This document shows, in pieces, positions 49,560 to 59,093 of a stretch of DNA of 64,000 nt (position 1 is its first letter; each line of letters begins with the position of its first letter). A program made the position numbers and the translations under genes. This stretch comes from Ignavibacteriota bacterium (GTDB lineage: Bacteria > Bacteroidota > Ignavibacteria > Ignavibacteriales > Melioribacteraceae), in NCBI GenBank assembly GCA_002746605.1, contig PDPT01000041.1:6051-70050 (forward strand), given 5' to 3'. Under the pieces are notes generated by a model. The model was not told the DNA's origin. It was given only the letters and a program-made list of their open reading frames with translations, and searched no databases.

Positions 49560-50942
49560 ATGACATCTGGTAACTCGACAAATTCTCAAAGCAAAAGTTA
49601 TACTTCTGCCTTAATTACAATGACTTCGCTATTTTTTATGTGGGGTTTTATGACAGTAATGAACGATGTTTTAATCCCGCACTTAAAGAAAATTTTTGAA
49701 CTCAGTTATTTTCAATCGATGTTGGTTCAAACATCTTTTTTTAGTGCCTACTTTTTTGGTTCGCTTGTTTATTATTTAATTTCATCAAGCTCAGGTGATC
49801 CTATAAATAAAATTGGCTATAAAAATGGAAATATAATTGGATTAGTTCTCTCGGCTTTAGGAAGTGCATTGTTTTATCCTGCAACAATTTTGCATGTCTA
49901 TTGGTTTTATCTTTTAGCACTTTTTGTACTAGGTCTGGGTTTTACAATTTTACAAATAACAGCAAATCCTTACGTAGCAATTCTCGGTGATCCTAAAACA
50001 GCATCGAGTAGATTAAATTTAGCACAAGGTTTTAATTCGCTTGGTACAACATTAGGTCCGCTTGTTGGAGGAACATTAATATTCAAATATTTTGCAGGTG
50101 ATGAAGCAGTAAAAATTCCTTACTTAGTTCTTGCAGGATTTTTGTTATTTCTTGCCATCATAATTAAATTCTCAAAACTTCCCGAATTTGCTAACGAAGA
50201 AAACATAGAAAAGGGAAGTGGAGCATTAAAATTTCCTCAACTTAAACTCGGTATTCTTGCAATTTTTGCTTATGTAGGCGGCGAAGTGGCGGTAGGAAGT
50301 ATATTAATTAGTTTTTTCGGTTTGGAAAATATTGCAGGATTAAACGAACATGACGCAAGCAGTTTCCTCAGTTTATATTGGGGCGGATTGATGATTGGAA
50401 GATTCAGTGGAGCTATTTATTTGAGTGACATTCCAAATCAAACTAAAAAATTTGGTTTCATGATTTTAGCTGCACTAGCGGCTTTCTTTGTTATCTATTT
50501 TTCAAATTCAATTAAATCGGGTATGGAATTAAGCACTGTTGCTCCATTATTAATTTTTATTGTGTTAGCTTTTATTTTATTTGTACTGGGTAAATCCATT
50601 CCTTCCAGAACATTATATTTGTTTGCAACAATTGTAATTATTTTATTACTAACTACAATTTTAACAGAAGGAAAAATTGCATTTTGGGCTGTTATTGCAA
50701 TTGGTTTATTTAACTCAATTATGTGGTCAAATATTTTTACACTTGCCATTGATGGTTTAGGAAAATATACAAGTCAAGGTTCTTCATTATTGGTTATGGC
50801 AATTCTTGGAGGAGCAATAATTCCTCCGTTACAAGGATGGATGGCAGATCATATAGGAGTACAATTATCATTTATTGTTCCAATATTTTGCTACATTTAT
50901 ATATTTTATTACGGTATATCTGGCTGCAAGAAGCGAATATAA
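49560..50942 (+). CDS. MFS sugar:H+ symporter, FucP / GluP / NagP family
   Basis: 460 aa, 12 TM helices. MWGFMTVMNDVLIPHLK and LNLAQGFNSLGTTLGP motifs of the fucose/glucose-galactose permease family. Confidence 0.8.
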   Translation: MTSGNSTNSQSKSYTSALITMTSLFFMWGFMTVMNDVLIPHLKKIFELSYFQSMLVQTSFFSAYFFGSLVYYLISSSSGDPINKIGYKNGNIIGLVLSALGSALFYPATILHVYWFYLLALFVLGLGFTILQITANPYVAILGDPKTASSRLNLAQGFNSLGTTLGPLVGGTLIFKYFAGDEAVKIPYLVLAGFLLFLAIIIKFSKLPEFANEENIEKGSGALKFPQLKLGILAIFAYVGGEVAVGSILISFFGLENIAGLNEHDASSFLSLYWGGLMIGRFSGAIYLSDIPNQTKKFGFMILAALAAFFVIYFSNSIKSGMELSTVAPLLIFIVLAFILFVLGKSIPSRTLYLFATIVIILLLTTILTEGKIAFWAVIAIGLFNSIMWSNIFTLAIDGLGKYTSQGSSLLVMAILGGAIIPPLQGWMADHIGVQLSFIVPIFCYIYIFYYGISGCKKRI

Positions 50943-50948
50943 ATTTTA

Positions 50949-52058
50949 ATGGAGGAAGATAGAATGGAAAAGAAACCGATAGTTTTAACTTTAGATGCAG
51001 GTGGAACAAATTTTGTTTTTTCTGCAATTCAAGAGAATGAAAAAATTATTGATGAAATACATATACCTACGGATCCAAATAATCTCGATGTTTGTTTGAA
51101 AAATATTGTGGATGGTTTTAGTGAAGCTAAAAGCAAGTTAAAAGATAATCCTTCTGCTATAAGTTTTGCTTTCCCTGGACCTGCCGATTATCCTAAAGGC
51201 ATTATTGCCGATCTACCTAACCTGCCTGCATTCAGAGGTGGGGTTGCGCTTGGTCCAATGCTCAAAGATAAATTTGGCATTCCGGTTTTTATAAATAATG
51301 ACGGAGATTTATTTGCTTATGGAGAAGCACTTTTAGGTTTTCTTCCACATGTTAATAAAAAATTAGAAGAATCTGATAGTCCTAAAAGATTTAAAAATTT
51401 AATAGGCATAACCTTTGGAACAGGTTTTGGTTGTGGAATAGTTATTAATAAAGTTTTGCTTAATGGAGATAACTCATGCGGGGGCGAAATTTGGTTATTA
51501 AGAAACAAACTTATGCCAAGTTCAAATGTGGAAGAACACGGTAGCATAAGAGGAGTGAAATCAGCTTTCTCAAAATATTCTAAGATCCCGATACAAGAAG
51601 TTCCGTCTCCCAAAGATATTTATGAAATAGCAAAAGGTGAACAAGAAGGAAATAAAGCTGCAGCCATAAAAGCCTTTTCAGATATGGCTGAAGTTGCCGG
51701 TGAAGCAATTTCAACTGCTGTAACTTTAATAGACGGTCTCGTTGTAATAGGTGGTGGTTTATCAGGTGCGGCTGATTTATTTTTACCGAAAATAGTTAAT
51801 GAAATGAACGGTACTTTTACTAAATCGGACGGAACAATTTTTAACAGATTATCATTCAAAACTTATAACTTGGAAGATGATACTCAGTTTGCAAAATTTG
51901 TAACGGGTTCCGCAAAAAAGATTAAAATTTACGGAAGTGAAAAAACAATAGATTATGATGCTGAAAAAAGAGTGGGCATTGGAATTTCCAAGTTGGGTAC
52001 AAGTCACGCAATATCTTTAGGAGCTTATGTTTTTGCCGTTAATCAATTGAATAAGTAA
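50949..52058 (+). CDS. ROK-family sugar kinase-like protein (no N-terminal HTH; canonical CxCGxxGC zinc motif not seen)
   Basis: 369 aa. LTLDAGGTNFVFS phosphate-1 loop, INNDGDLFAYGE and ITFGTGFGCGIV. The start may be the Met at 50964. Confidence 0.72.
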   Translation: MEEDRMEKKPIVLTLDAGGTNFVFSAIQENEKIIDEIHIPTDPNNLDVCLKNIVDGFSEAKSKLKDNPSAISFAFPGPADYPKGIIADLPNLPAFRGGVALGPMLKDKFGIPVFINNDGDLFAYGEALLGFLPHVNKKLEESDSPKRFKNLIGITFGTGFGCGIVINKVLLNGDNSCGGEIWLLRNKLMPSSNVEEHGSIRGVKSAFSKYSKIPIQEVPSPKDIYEIAKGEQEGNKAAAIKAFSDMAEVAGEAISTAVTLIDGLVVIGGGLSGAADLFLPKIVNEMNGTFTKSDGTIFNRLSFKTYNLEDDTQFAKFVTGSAKKIKIYGSEKTIDYDAEKRVGIGISKLGTSHAISLGAYVFAVNQLNK

Positions 52059-52240
52059 ATAGAAAGTTTAAGACTGTAATTAGAATTACATTTAACTAAA
52101 TGTTCTACGGTTTCTCTAATTTCTTTCTCTTTTTTTGTTAAAAGCTGTATTGATTTCCGGGTGATTTTTACGATAATAAATTTACAAAAAAAACTTTAAG
52201 ATGAAATTATTTGTAATATTATTTACCATAGGAATTAATA

Positions 52241-52558
52241 ATGGAAACTTACTACGATCCATCGCTAACCGCCAGTATTTTACTTCAAGAAGTAATGAAA
52301 GAATTAAAAATCAAATTTTCTCCTGCTGAATGTTGTAAATATGGACTTGATAAGAAAATTTTTAGAAGATGTAAGCAGGTAATCGAAAAATTATATGTAG
52401 ATAAAGATTATCAAGAATTGTTAAAGTTTTATGTCTCGAGTTACTTTTTAGATGATTCTGTTGAAGAACAAGCAGTTATTTATCAAGATGTTGAAAAAAA
52501 TTTTCTTGAATCTCAGTACGGTAATTTTTTCTATATAGAAAAAAATTTAACCAACTGA
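52241..52558 (+). CDS. Hypothetical protein (105 aa)
   Basis: ORF with balanced composition and no recognisable motif. Convergent with the HIT gene. Confidence 0.4.
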   Translation: METYYDPSLTASILLQEVMKELKIKFSPAECCKYGLDKKIFRRCKQVIEKLYVDKDYQELLKFYVSSYFLDDSVEEQAVIYQDVEKNFLESQYGNFFYIEKNLTN

Positions 52559-52734
52559 TTATATTGGTTACAGGTTTTCATGTTTGAAGATTTCAGATTT
52601 CTTTTGATGTTTATCAGCTTCTGTTTAATACGTCAAAAAACTATCGAGTTAACTGAACACAAAATTCAAAAAGCAAAACCTAAATAATAAAACTGAAATA
52701 TCTAATTTGACTTCTTAACTATTAAATTTACTTT

Positions 52735-53082
52735 CTATCCCGGAGGCCAAGTCATTTTTCTACCACCAAGCAAGTGCATGTGGATATGATAAACATCTTG
52801 TCCACCGTTAAAGCCGCAATTAAAAACCAAACGAAATCCATCTTCTGCAATTTTTTCTTTCTTTGCAATAAGATTAGCAACATCATACATTTCGCCAAGT
52901 AATTGAGCGTGCTCCGAACCTTTGATCTCTTTTACTGTCGGGATTTCTATTTTAGGAATTATTAAAATATGTACGGGGGCTTGCGGATTTATATCTCTAA
53001 AAGCAAGTACGTTTTCTGTTTCGTGTACAATATCAGCCGGTATTTCTTTTCGTATTATTTTAGAAAAAATCGTTTCACTCAT
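52735..53082 (-). CDS. HIT-family (HinT-like) nucleotide phosphoramidase
   Basis: 115 aa. IFSKIIRKEIPA N-terminus and HIHMHLLGG histidine triad. The ATG overlaps the upstream regulator stop (ATGAGTGA). Confidence 0.88.
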   Translation of the reverse strand: MSETIFSKIIRKEIPADIVHETENVLAFRDINPQAPVHILIIPKIEIPTVKEIKGSEHAQLLGEMYDVANLIAKKEKIAEDGFRLVFNCGFNGGQDVYHIHMHLLGGRKMTWPPG

Positions 53083-54439
53083 TTTTACCTTCTTTTTCTA
53101 TGTTATATTTTTTTATTTTATTATATAAATGACTTCGTTGAATATCCAAAATTTCAGCAGTTTTACTTATATTCCAATTATTGCTTTCCAATTGTTTTTT
53201 TATAAATACTCTTTCCGCTTTTTCTTTAAACTCTTGGAATGAATTTGTAATATCAATAAAATCTTCTTGTTTATTTACCGAAACCGGTAAGAGTTTTATA
53301 ATATCGTCTTTTTCAATATTTTCTTTTCCTATCATGATAATTATTCGTTCAACAATGTTTCTTAATTCTCTTACGTTACCTGACCAATTATACTCTGCTA
53401 AAACCTTATAAGCATCTTTTGAATATGTTTTTACCGATATTTTATTTTGCTCACAGATTTTTTTTGTAAAGAAATCAACTAATAGGGGAATATCTGCTCT
53501 TCTTTCTCTAAGTGGAGGAACCTTAATGGGAATAACATTCAGTCTGTGAAATAAATCTTCCCGAAAATTTCCGTCAAGAATTTCTTTCTTTAAATCCTTA
53601 TTTGTAGCTGAAAGAATTCTTACATCCACCGGGATTTTATTGTTTCCTCCTACTCTCTCAATTATGCCTTCTTCAATTGCTCTGAGAACCTTAGCTTGGG
53701 CTTGCAGACTCATATCTCCAATTTCGTCTAAAAATAGTGTGCTCCCATCAGCTTGCTCAAATTTGCCTATGCGTTTTTGAGCTGCTCCCGTAAAAGAACC
53801 TTTTTCGTGCCCAAATAATTCCGATTCAATTAATTCATTTGGTATGGCAGCACAATTAACTTCAATTAATTCTTTATCAGCACGTTGACTTTTTTTATGA
53901 ATTGATTTAGCCACCAATTCTTTTCCCGTTCCATTTTCGCCGGTGATTAAAACTCTAGAATCACTTGGGGCAACTCTTTCTATCAATTCAATAACTGATT
54001 TAATTTTAGTGCTTTCTCCAATTATAGTTTCTTCTTGTTTTAGATTTTCTGATAGTTTTTTATTTCTATTAATTAAGTCGGTTTTTTCTACTGCATTTCT
54101 TATGCTTATTAGGAGTTTATCTCTGTCAATTGGTTTTTCAATAAAATCAAATGCTCCCATTTTTGTGGATTTAATTGCATTTTCAAGATTGCCATGTGCA
54201 GAAATCATAATTGGGCTTATATTTATTTCATTTTCGGAAATCCATTTAAGCACCTCGAATCCTGTCATGCTTGGCATTTGTATATCTAATAAAAGAGCAT
54301 CGTATGAGTTATACTCCAATTTTTTTAAGCCTTTCTTTGCATCGGTAGTTGAATCAACGTTATAATCTTCGTACTCTAAAATCATTGAAATACTCTCGCA
54401 AATTTCAGGTTCATCATCTATAATTAGTATCGATTTCAT
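53075..54439 (-). CDS. Sigma-54-dependent response regulator (NtrC family: REC + AAA+ + Fis-type HTH)
   Basis: 454 aa. Receiver with LLLDIQMP phospho-Asp. GENGTGKELVAKSIH Walker A. ESELFGHEKGSFTGA (GAFTGA variant). C-terminal ISKTAEILDIQRSHLYNKIKKY HTH. Confidence 0.92.
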   Translation of the reverse strand: MKSILIIDDEPEICESISMILEYEDYNVDSTTDAKKGLKKLEYNSYDALLLDIQMPSMTGFEVLKWISENEINISPIMISAHGNLENAIKSTKMGAFDFIEKPIDRDKLLISIRNAVEKTDLINRNKKLSENLKQEETIIGESTKIKSVIELIERVAPSDSRVLITGENGTGKELVAKSIHKKSQRADKELIEVNCAAIPNELIESELFGHEKGSFTGAAQKRIGKFEQADGSTLFLDEIGDMSLQAQAKVLRAIEEGIIERVGGNNKIPVDVRILSATNKDLKKEILDGNFREDLFHRLNVIPIKVPPLRERRADIPLLVDFFTKKICEQNKISVKTYSKDAYKVLAEYNWSGNVRELRNIVERIIIMIGKENIEKDDIIKLLPVSVNKQEDFIDITNSFQEFKEKAERVFIKKQLESNNWNISKTAEILDIQRSHLYNKIKKYNIEKEGKNE

Positions 54440-54468
54440 AAATTGATTTATTTTAATATTTAATAATA

Positions 54469-55149
54469 TTAATAATAAGAAAAGAAAAATAAAGAATACA
54501 CTTTAAAAAACTGTGAAGGCTTTAAGTTTGGATTTTCTCTTAAAGACTTTCCGAATAATTCTCCTAGATGATTTGTAATAATATCTTTGAAATCTACCGC
54601 TCCGCTTATTTTAAATGTTGCTTCAAAATGCTCGACGAAGAGTCCCATAAATTTTGAAAGATTAAAAAATGAAATATTGTAAGCAAGAAATGCATTCCCA
54701 AAAAAATGTGCAACTTTATCTTTGTCCTGATTGCCAATAGAATCAGAATCAAAGTAAACAAGTCCGGGCGAATGTTTTACTTTTTCTTTAAATAATCTTT
54801 CTTTAACAGCAGGCAGTTTTAAATATATTTTCTGATTAAGAAGAGGAATAGTAACACCCATTTTATCAAAAGGAAGTGTGGCAAAAGTTAAAGCAAGCAG
54901 AGCTTCGGAAATATCATCTTGATAAAATTTAATGGCAACTGAATATAAATAATCAACTTGCTCAAGGTCAGATAAATCTTGAGGTAGTTTTTGTTTGGCA
55001 ATTATTTTGGATAAATAAATTACTCCGTCTTCAAAAGTTGGTTTTTGGGCGTAAGTTATCTTTACTGTGGTAACAACGAAAGTTAAAAAGAGAAAACATA
55101 TTTTTATCTTTACTAAAATTAACTCTATTTTTTTTTTACTGTTAATCAT
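54469..55149 (-). CDS. Secreted hypothetical protein; C-terminal half weakly YfiM/DUF2279-like
   Basis: 226 aa with a signal peptide (…TTVKITYAQ). DKVAHFFGNAFLAY and VDFKDIITNHLG resemble the DKxxHF… / …KDxxxDxxG pattern recalled from YfiM. This is a memory-based resemblance only. Confidence 0.45.
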   Translation of the reverse strand: MINSKKKIELILVKIKICFLFLTFVVTTVKITYAQKPTFEDGVIYLSKIIAKQKLPQDLSDLEQVDYLYSVAIKFYQDDISEALLALTFATLPFDKMGVTIPLLNQKIYLKLPAVKERLFKEKVKHSPGLVYFDSDSIGNQDKDKVAHFFGNAFLAYNISFFNLSKFMGLFVEHFEATFKISGAVDFKDIITNHLGELFGKSLRENPNLKPSQFFKVYSLFFFSYY

Positions 55150-55233
55150 ACATATTAAAAAAAGTGTTTCAAATGAAAAAAATATTTGTTGATTCCAATA
55201 TAACTTTTACTTACAAATTTTCTGTTTTAACAT

Positions 55234-58200
55234 TTAACTGAAATACCCAACGCCGGCTTTGAACAACTTAATTTCTTTGTTACCGGGAATATTTTTTCCT
55301 ACAAAATTACCAAGACGTTCATTATGTCCCATCTTTCCATAGATTTTGCCGTCCGGACTTGTAATTCCTTCAATTGCATCAAAAGAACTGTTGGGATTGA
55401 AGAAAACATCCATTGTCGGATTTCCGTCAAAATTCACATACTGAGTTGCAACTTGTCCGTTCTCTTTAAGTTTGTTCAACCAGTCATCATTAGCAATAAA
55501 CCTTCCTTCGCCGTGGGAAATAGGGACTGCTTGAATTTCTCCGAGTTTAACATTGCTCAACCAAGGCGAAAGATTGGAAACAACCTTTGTATAAATTATT
55601 TTCGAAACGTGTCTATCAATTTTATTAAAAGTAAGAGTAGGGGAATCTTCCGTTATCTCTCTTATTTCACCGTAAGGAACTAATCCGAGTTTTATTAAAG
55701 CCTGAAATCCGTTACAAATACCAAGAATTAAACCGTCTCTATTTTTCAATAAGTCGTTCACTGCTTCTTTTATAAGAGGATTTCTAAAAATTGCAGCAAT
55801 AAATTTGCCGCTTCCGTCAGGTTCATCGCCTGCACTAAATCCACCCGGGAGCATTATTATTTGTGAGCTTTTAATTTCTCTTTCTAACTCATGGATTGTT
55901 TCATCAATCATTTTGGGAGTAAGATTTCTTATTGGCAATGAAGATATTTTTGCTCCCGCTTCATTGAATGCTTTTGCTGAGTCATACTCGCTGTTGGTTC
56001 CGGGGAAGACCGGAATAATAACTTTTGGCGAGGCAAATCTTTCTGAAGCCACAATTATTTTTTTAGATTTAAAGTTATAATCATTTTTAATTTTTCTTTC
56101 AATTTTTAGATTTGTCGGGAAAATGTCTTCAAGTGGCTTTACCCAAGCTGATATTGCTTCTTCAATCGATATTTTTATATCATCAATTTTTATAAATTTT
56201 TCTCTAGTTGTGTTCCCGAGATTTATAAAATAATCGGTATCAAAATTATTAGCTTTTACTTCCGCAACAATTCCGCCAAATCCGGGAGCGAACAAAGTGT
56301 TCTTATCAATTTCGGGAGCAAGATTAAAACCTACTTTATTACCGAAACACATTTTGCTTATAGTTTCGGAAAGCCCTTTACTTTTTACCGTGTGCATTGC
56401 CAAGATATTTCCGGCAATATTTTCTTCGGTAATTTTTGAATAAACCTTTTTTAATTTATCAAAATTTGGCAGATAGTTTTCATCAAGCGCAATAGGGAAA
56501 TAGATAACTTCAGAATTTGTTTCCTTGAATTCAGGAGAAACAGAATTATTTAAGTTTAATGTATCTACCGCAAAAGAAACCAAAGTTGGTGGAACATTCA
56601 AATTTTTGAAAGAACCCGACATGCTATCTTTACCACCAATTGCCGCCCTCTCAAAATTTTGTTGAGCATAAAATGCTCCGAGAAGAGCAGCAAAAGGTTT
56701 GCTCCATTTTTCGGGAGCACCATTTAATCTTTCAAAATATTCTTGAAATGTAAACCAAATTGATTTATAATTTCCACCGGAAGTAATAATTTTTGCAACT
56801 GATTCAACAACAGCATAAACGGCTCCGTGAAATGGTGAGATTTCGGAAAGATACGGATTATAACCGTAGCTCATAACTGTTCCGGTTGTTGTCTCTTCTG
56901 TGGTTGTAGGAATTTTGGCAATCATACTTTCCGGGGGTGTCAGTTGGTATTTTCCGCCAAAAGGATAGTTTACTGTTGCTGCTCCGACACAATTATCAAA
57001 TCTTTCGACCAATCCTTTTTTGCTTGAGATGTTTAAGTCGGATAAAGTTTTTAACCATTCATCTTTTATGTTATCATTTACACTCGGAGCAAAAAAGTTT
57101 TCTACAGAAGAGTTTGTAACCTTTATGTTTGTCTTCTTTACCGCTCCGCTACTGTTTAGAAAATCTCTGGAGATATTTACAATATCTTTTCCTCGCCAGA
57201 ACATTTTCATTCTTTTTTCTTTTTTTACGGTTGCAGCAATTGTAGCTTCAAGATTTTCTTTTTGAGCAAACTTAATAAATTTTTCTTTGTTATTTTCAGA
57301 AACAACACAAGCCATTCTTTCTTGGGATTCTGAAATTGCAAGTTCGGTTCCATCTAAACCTTCATATTTTTTTGGAATTTTGTCTAAATTTATTTCTAAT
57401 CCGTCAGCTAATTCTCCAATTGCCACGGAAACACCGCCGGCTCCAAAATCATTACAGCGTTTAATTAGTTTAGTTACATCCGGTTTTCTAAAAAGTCTTT
57501 GAATTTTTCTTTCTTCGGGAGCATTTCCTTTTTGAACTTCTGCCGAACAGCTTATTATTGATTCTTCCGTATGAGCTTTCGATGAACCTGTTGCTCCGCC
57601 GCAACCGTCACGTCCTGTTTTACCTCCGAGTAAAATTACTACATCGCCCGGTTTTGGTTTTTCTCTTACAACATTTTTTTTGGGAGCAGCTCCAATTACC
57701 GCACCGATTTCCATTCTTTTAGCAATATATCCTGAATGATAAATTTCATCAACAAGTCCGGTGCTTAATCCAATCTGATTTCCATAAGAACTGTAGCCGC
57801 GAGCAGCTTCAGTAGTTATTTTTCTTTGTGGAAGTTTTCCTTCAATTGTTTCTTCGATTGGTGTTCTCGGATCAGCTGAACCTGTTACACGCATGGCTTG
57901 ATAAACATAAACTCTACCGGAAAGCGGATCACGTATTGCTCCGCCGAGACAAGTTGCTGCTCCCCCGAACGGTTCTATCTCTGTCGGGTGATTGTGAGTT
58001 TCATTTTTAAACATTACTAACCAATCTTCATCTTTTCCTTTTACATCAACTTTAACTTCAATGCTGCACGCATTAATTTCCTCTGATAAATCAAGTCCGG
58101 GAAGTTTACCTTCTTTTTTTAACTTTTTCATCGCAATAGTTGCAATATCCATTAGGCAGATGTCTTTGCCTGCTAATTTTTCTTCATAAACATTTTTGCG

Positions 58201-58977
58201 TGTTTGTAGGTAGTTTTCATAAACATTTTTAATTTTGTTTGATGTTGCTCCTTCTTCAAATTCAACATTTTCAATTTTTGTTAAGAAAGTTGTATGTCTG
58301 CAGTGGTCCGACCAGTAAGTATCTAAAATTTTTATTTCGGTTAATGTAGGATTTCTTTTTTCTTCATTCTTAAAGTAATCTTGACAAAACTTGATGTCAT
58401 CAAAATCCATTGCCAAGCCGAGGGATTTTAAAAGTTTAGTTAGCTCTGTTTTATCCATCTCAATAAAGTTGTTAATAATTTCTACATCTTCTGGGATTGT
58501 TAAAATATCTTTAAGAGTTTTGGGTTTTATCAGATTAGCTTCGTGAGATTCAACGGGATTTATAATATAGTTTTTTATTTTATCAATATCAGAACCTTCC
58601 AAATTTCCGCTAAGGATTATTAATTTAGCACTTTTTACTAAAGGTCTTTCACCTTGTGTTAAAATTTGTATAGCTTGAGAAGCTGAGTCAGCTCTTTGGT
58701 CATATTGACCCGGGAGATATTCAACTGCAAAATATTTGTCATTTTCATTGAGTTGTATTTCTTCATCATAAACAATATCTAAGGGTGGTTCTACAAATAT
58801 TGTATTTTTTGCTTGTTCGTATATTTCATCGGAAATCCCTTCAATATCGTAGCGGGCAACTATTCTTAATTTCTCTAAATTTTTTAGTCTTAATATTTCT
58901 TTTAGTTCTGTAAATAATGAGTTTGCTTCAACATTAAAGCCCGGTTTTTTCTCAACAAAAATTCTTCTTACGTTCAT
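55234..58977 (-). CDS. purL: Phosphoribosylformylglycinamidine synthase, single-chain large form
   Basis: 1247 aa. ETHNHPTEIEPFGGAATCLGGAIRD and duplicated AIR-synthase-like domains. C-terminal glutaminase (GICNGFQAL, HGEGRF). Confidence 0.95.
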   Translation of the reverse strand: MNVRRIFVEKKPGFNVEANSLFTELKEILRLKNLEKLRIVARYDIEGISDEIYEQAKNTIFVEPPLDIVYDEEIQLNENDKYFAVEYLPGQYDQRADSASQAIQILTQGERPLVKSAKLIILSGNLEGSDIDKIKNYIINPVESHEANLIKPKTLKDILTIPEDVEIINNFIEMDKTELTKLLKSLGLAMDFDDIKFCQDYFKNEEKRNPTLTEIKILDTYWSDHCRHTTFLTKIENVEFEEGATSNKIKNVYENYLQTRKNVYEEKLAGKDICLMDIATIAMKKLKKEGKLPGLDLSEEINACSIEVKVDVKGKDEDWLVMFKNETHNHPTEIEPFGGAATCLGGAIRDPLSGRVYVYQAMRVTGSADPRTPIEETIEGKLPQRKITTEAARGYSSYGNQIGLSTGLVDEIYHSGYIAKRMEIGAVIGAAPKKNVVREKPKPGDVVILLGGKTGRDGCGGATGSSKAHTEESIISCSAEVQKGNAPEERKIQRLFRKPDVTKLIKRCNDFGAGGVSVAIGELADGLEINLDKIPKKYEGLDGTELAISESQERMACVVSENNKEKFIKFAQKENLEATIAATVKKEKRMKMFWRGKDIVNISRDFLNSSGAVKKTNIKVTNSSVENFFAPSVNDNIKDEWLKTLSDLNISSKKGLVERFDNCVGAATVNYPFGGKYQLTPPESMIAKIPTTTEETTTGTVMSYGYNPYLSEISPFHGAVYAVVESVAKIITSGGNYKSIWFTFQEYFERLNGAPEKWSKPFAALLGAFYAQQNFERAAIGGKDSMSGSFKNLNVPPTLVSFAVDTLNLNNSVSPEFKETNSEVIYFPIALDENYLPNFDKLKKVYSKITEENIAGNILAMHTVKSKGLSETISKMCFGNKVGFNLAPEIDKNTLFAPGFGGIVAEVKANNFDTDYFINLGNTTREKFIKIDDIKISIEEAISAWVKPLEDIFPTNLKIERKIKNDYNFKSKKIIVASERFASPKVIIPVFPGTNSEYDSAKAFNEAGAKISSLPIRNLTPKMIDETIHELEREIKSSQIIMLPGGFSAGDEPDGSGKFIAAIFRNPLIKEAVNDLLKNRDGLILGICNGFQALIKLGLVPYGEIREITEDSPTLTFNKIDRHVSKIIYTKVVSNLSPWLSNVKLGEIQAVPISHGEGRFIANDDWLNKLKENGQVATQYVNFDGNPTMDVFFNPNSSFDAIEGITSPDGKIYGKMGHNERLGNFVGKNIPGNKEIKLFKAGVGYFS

Positions 58978-59059
58978 TAATTCTCCATGAGGATTTTGAA
59001 ATTATTTGAAAGATTTTATTTATCAAAATTAAAAAAAGTAAAATTTATATGGTATAACT

Positions 59060-59088
59060 AAGCCCAACTTTTTGGGAAAGTTGGGCTT
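59060..59088. terminator. GC-rich hairpin between the tricorn-like gene stop and the purL start
   Basis: Perfect 12-bp stem aagcccaacttt/aaagttgggctt with a 5-nt loop. A T-run follows immediately on the + strand. On the - strand (the coding strand here) the T-run lies about 25 nt away. Confidence 0.55.
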
Positions 59089-59093
59089 GATTT

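Noticed and set aside
53943-54365. Long antisense ORFs inside well-supported genes: 140 aa here opposite the sigma-54 regulator, plus 28898-29308 (136 aa, opposite htrA), 55324-55683 (119 aa, opposite purL), 49040-49390, 1709-2050 and 24849-25163.
   Set aside because: Their translations are low-complexity S/I/L/F-rich strings, typical of the reverse complement of K/E/N-rich coding sequence. They have no SD and no recognisable motif, and each is fully nested in a gene with strong family signatures.
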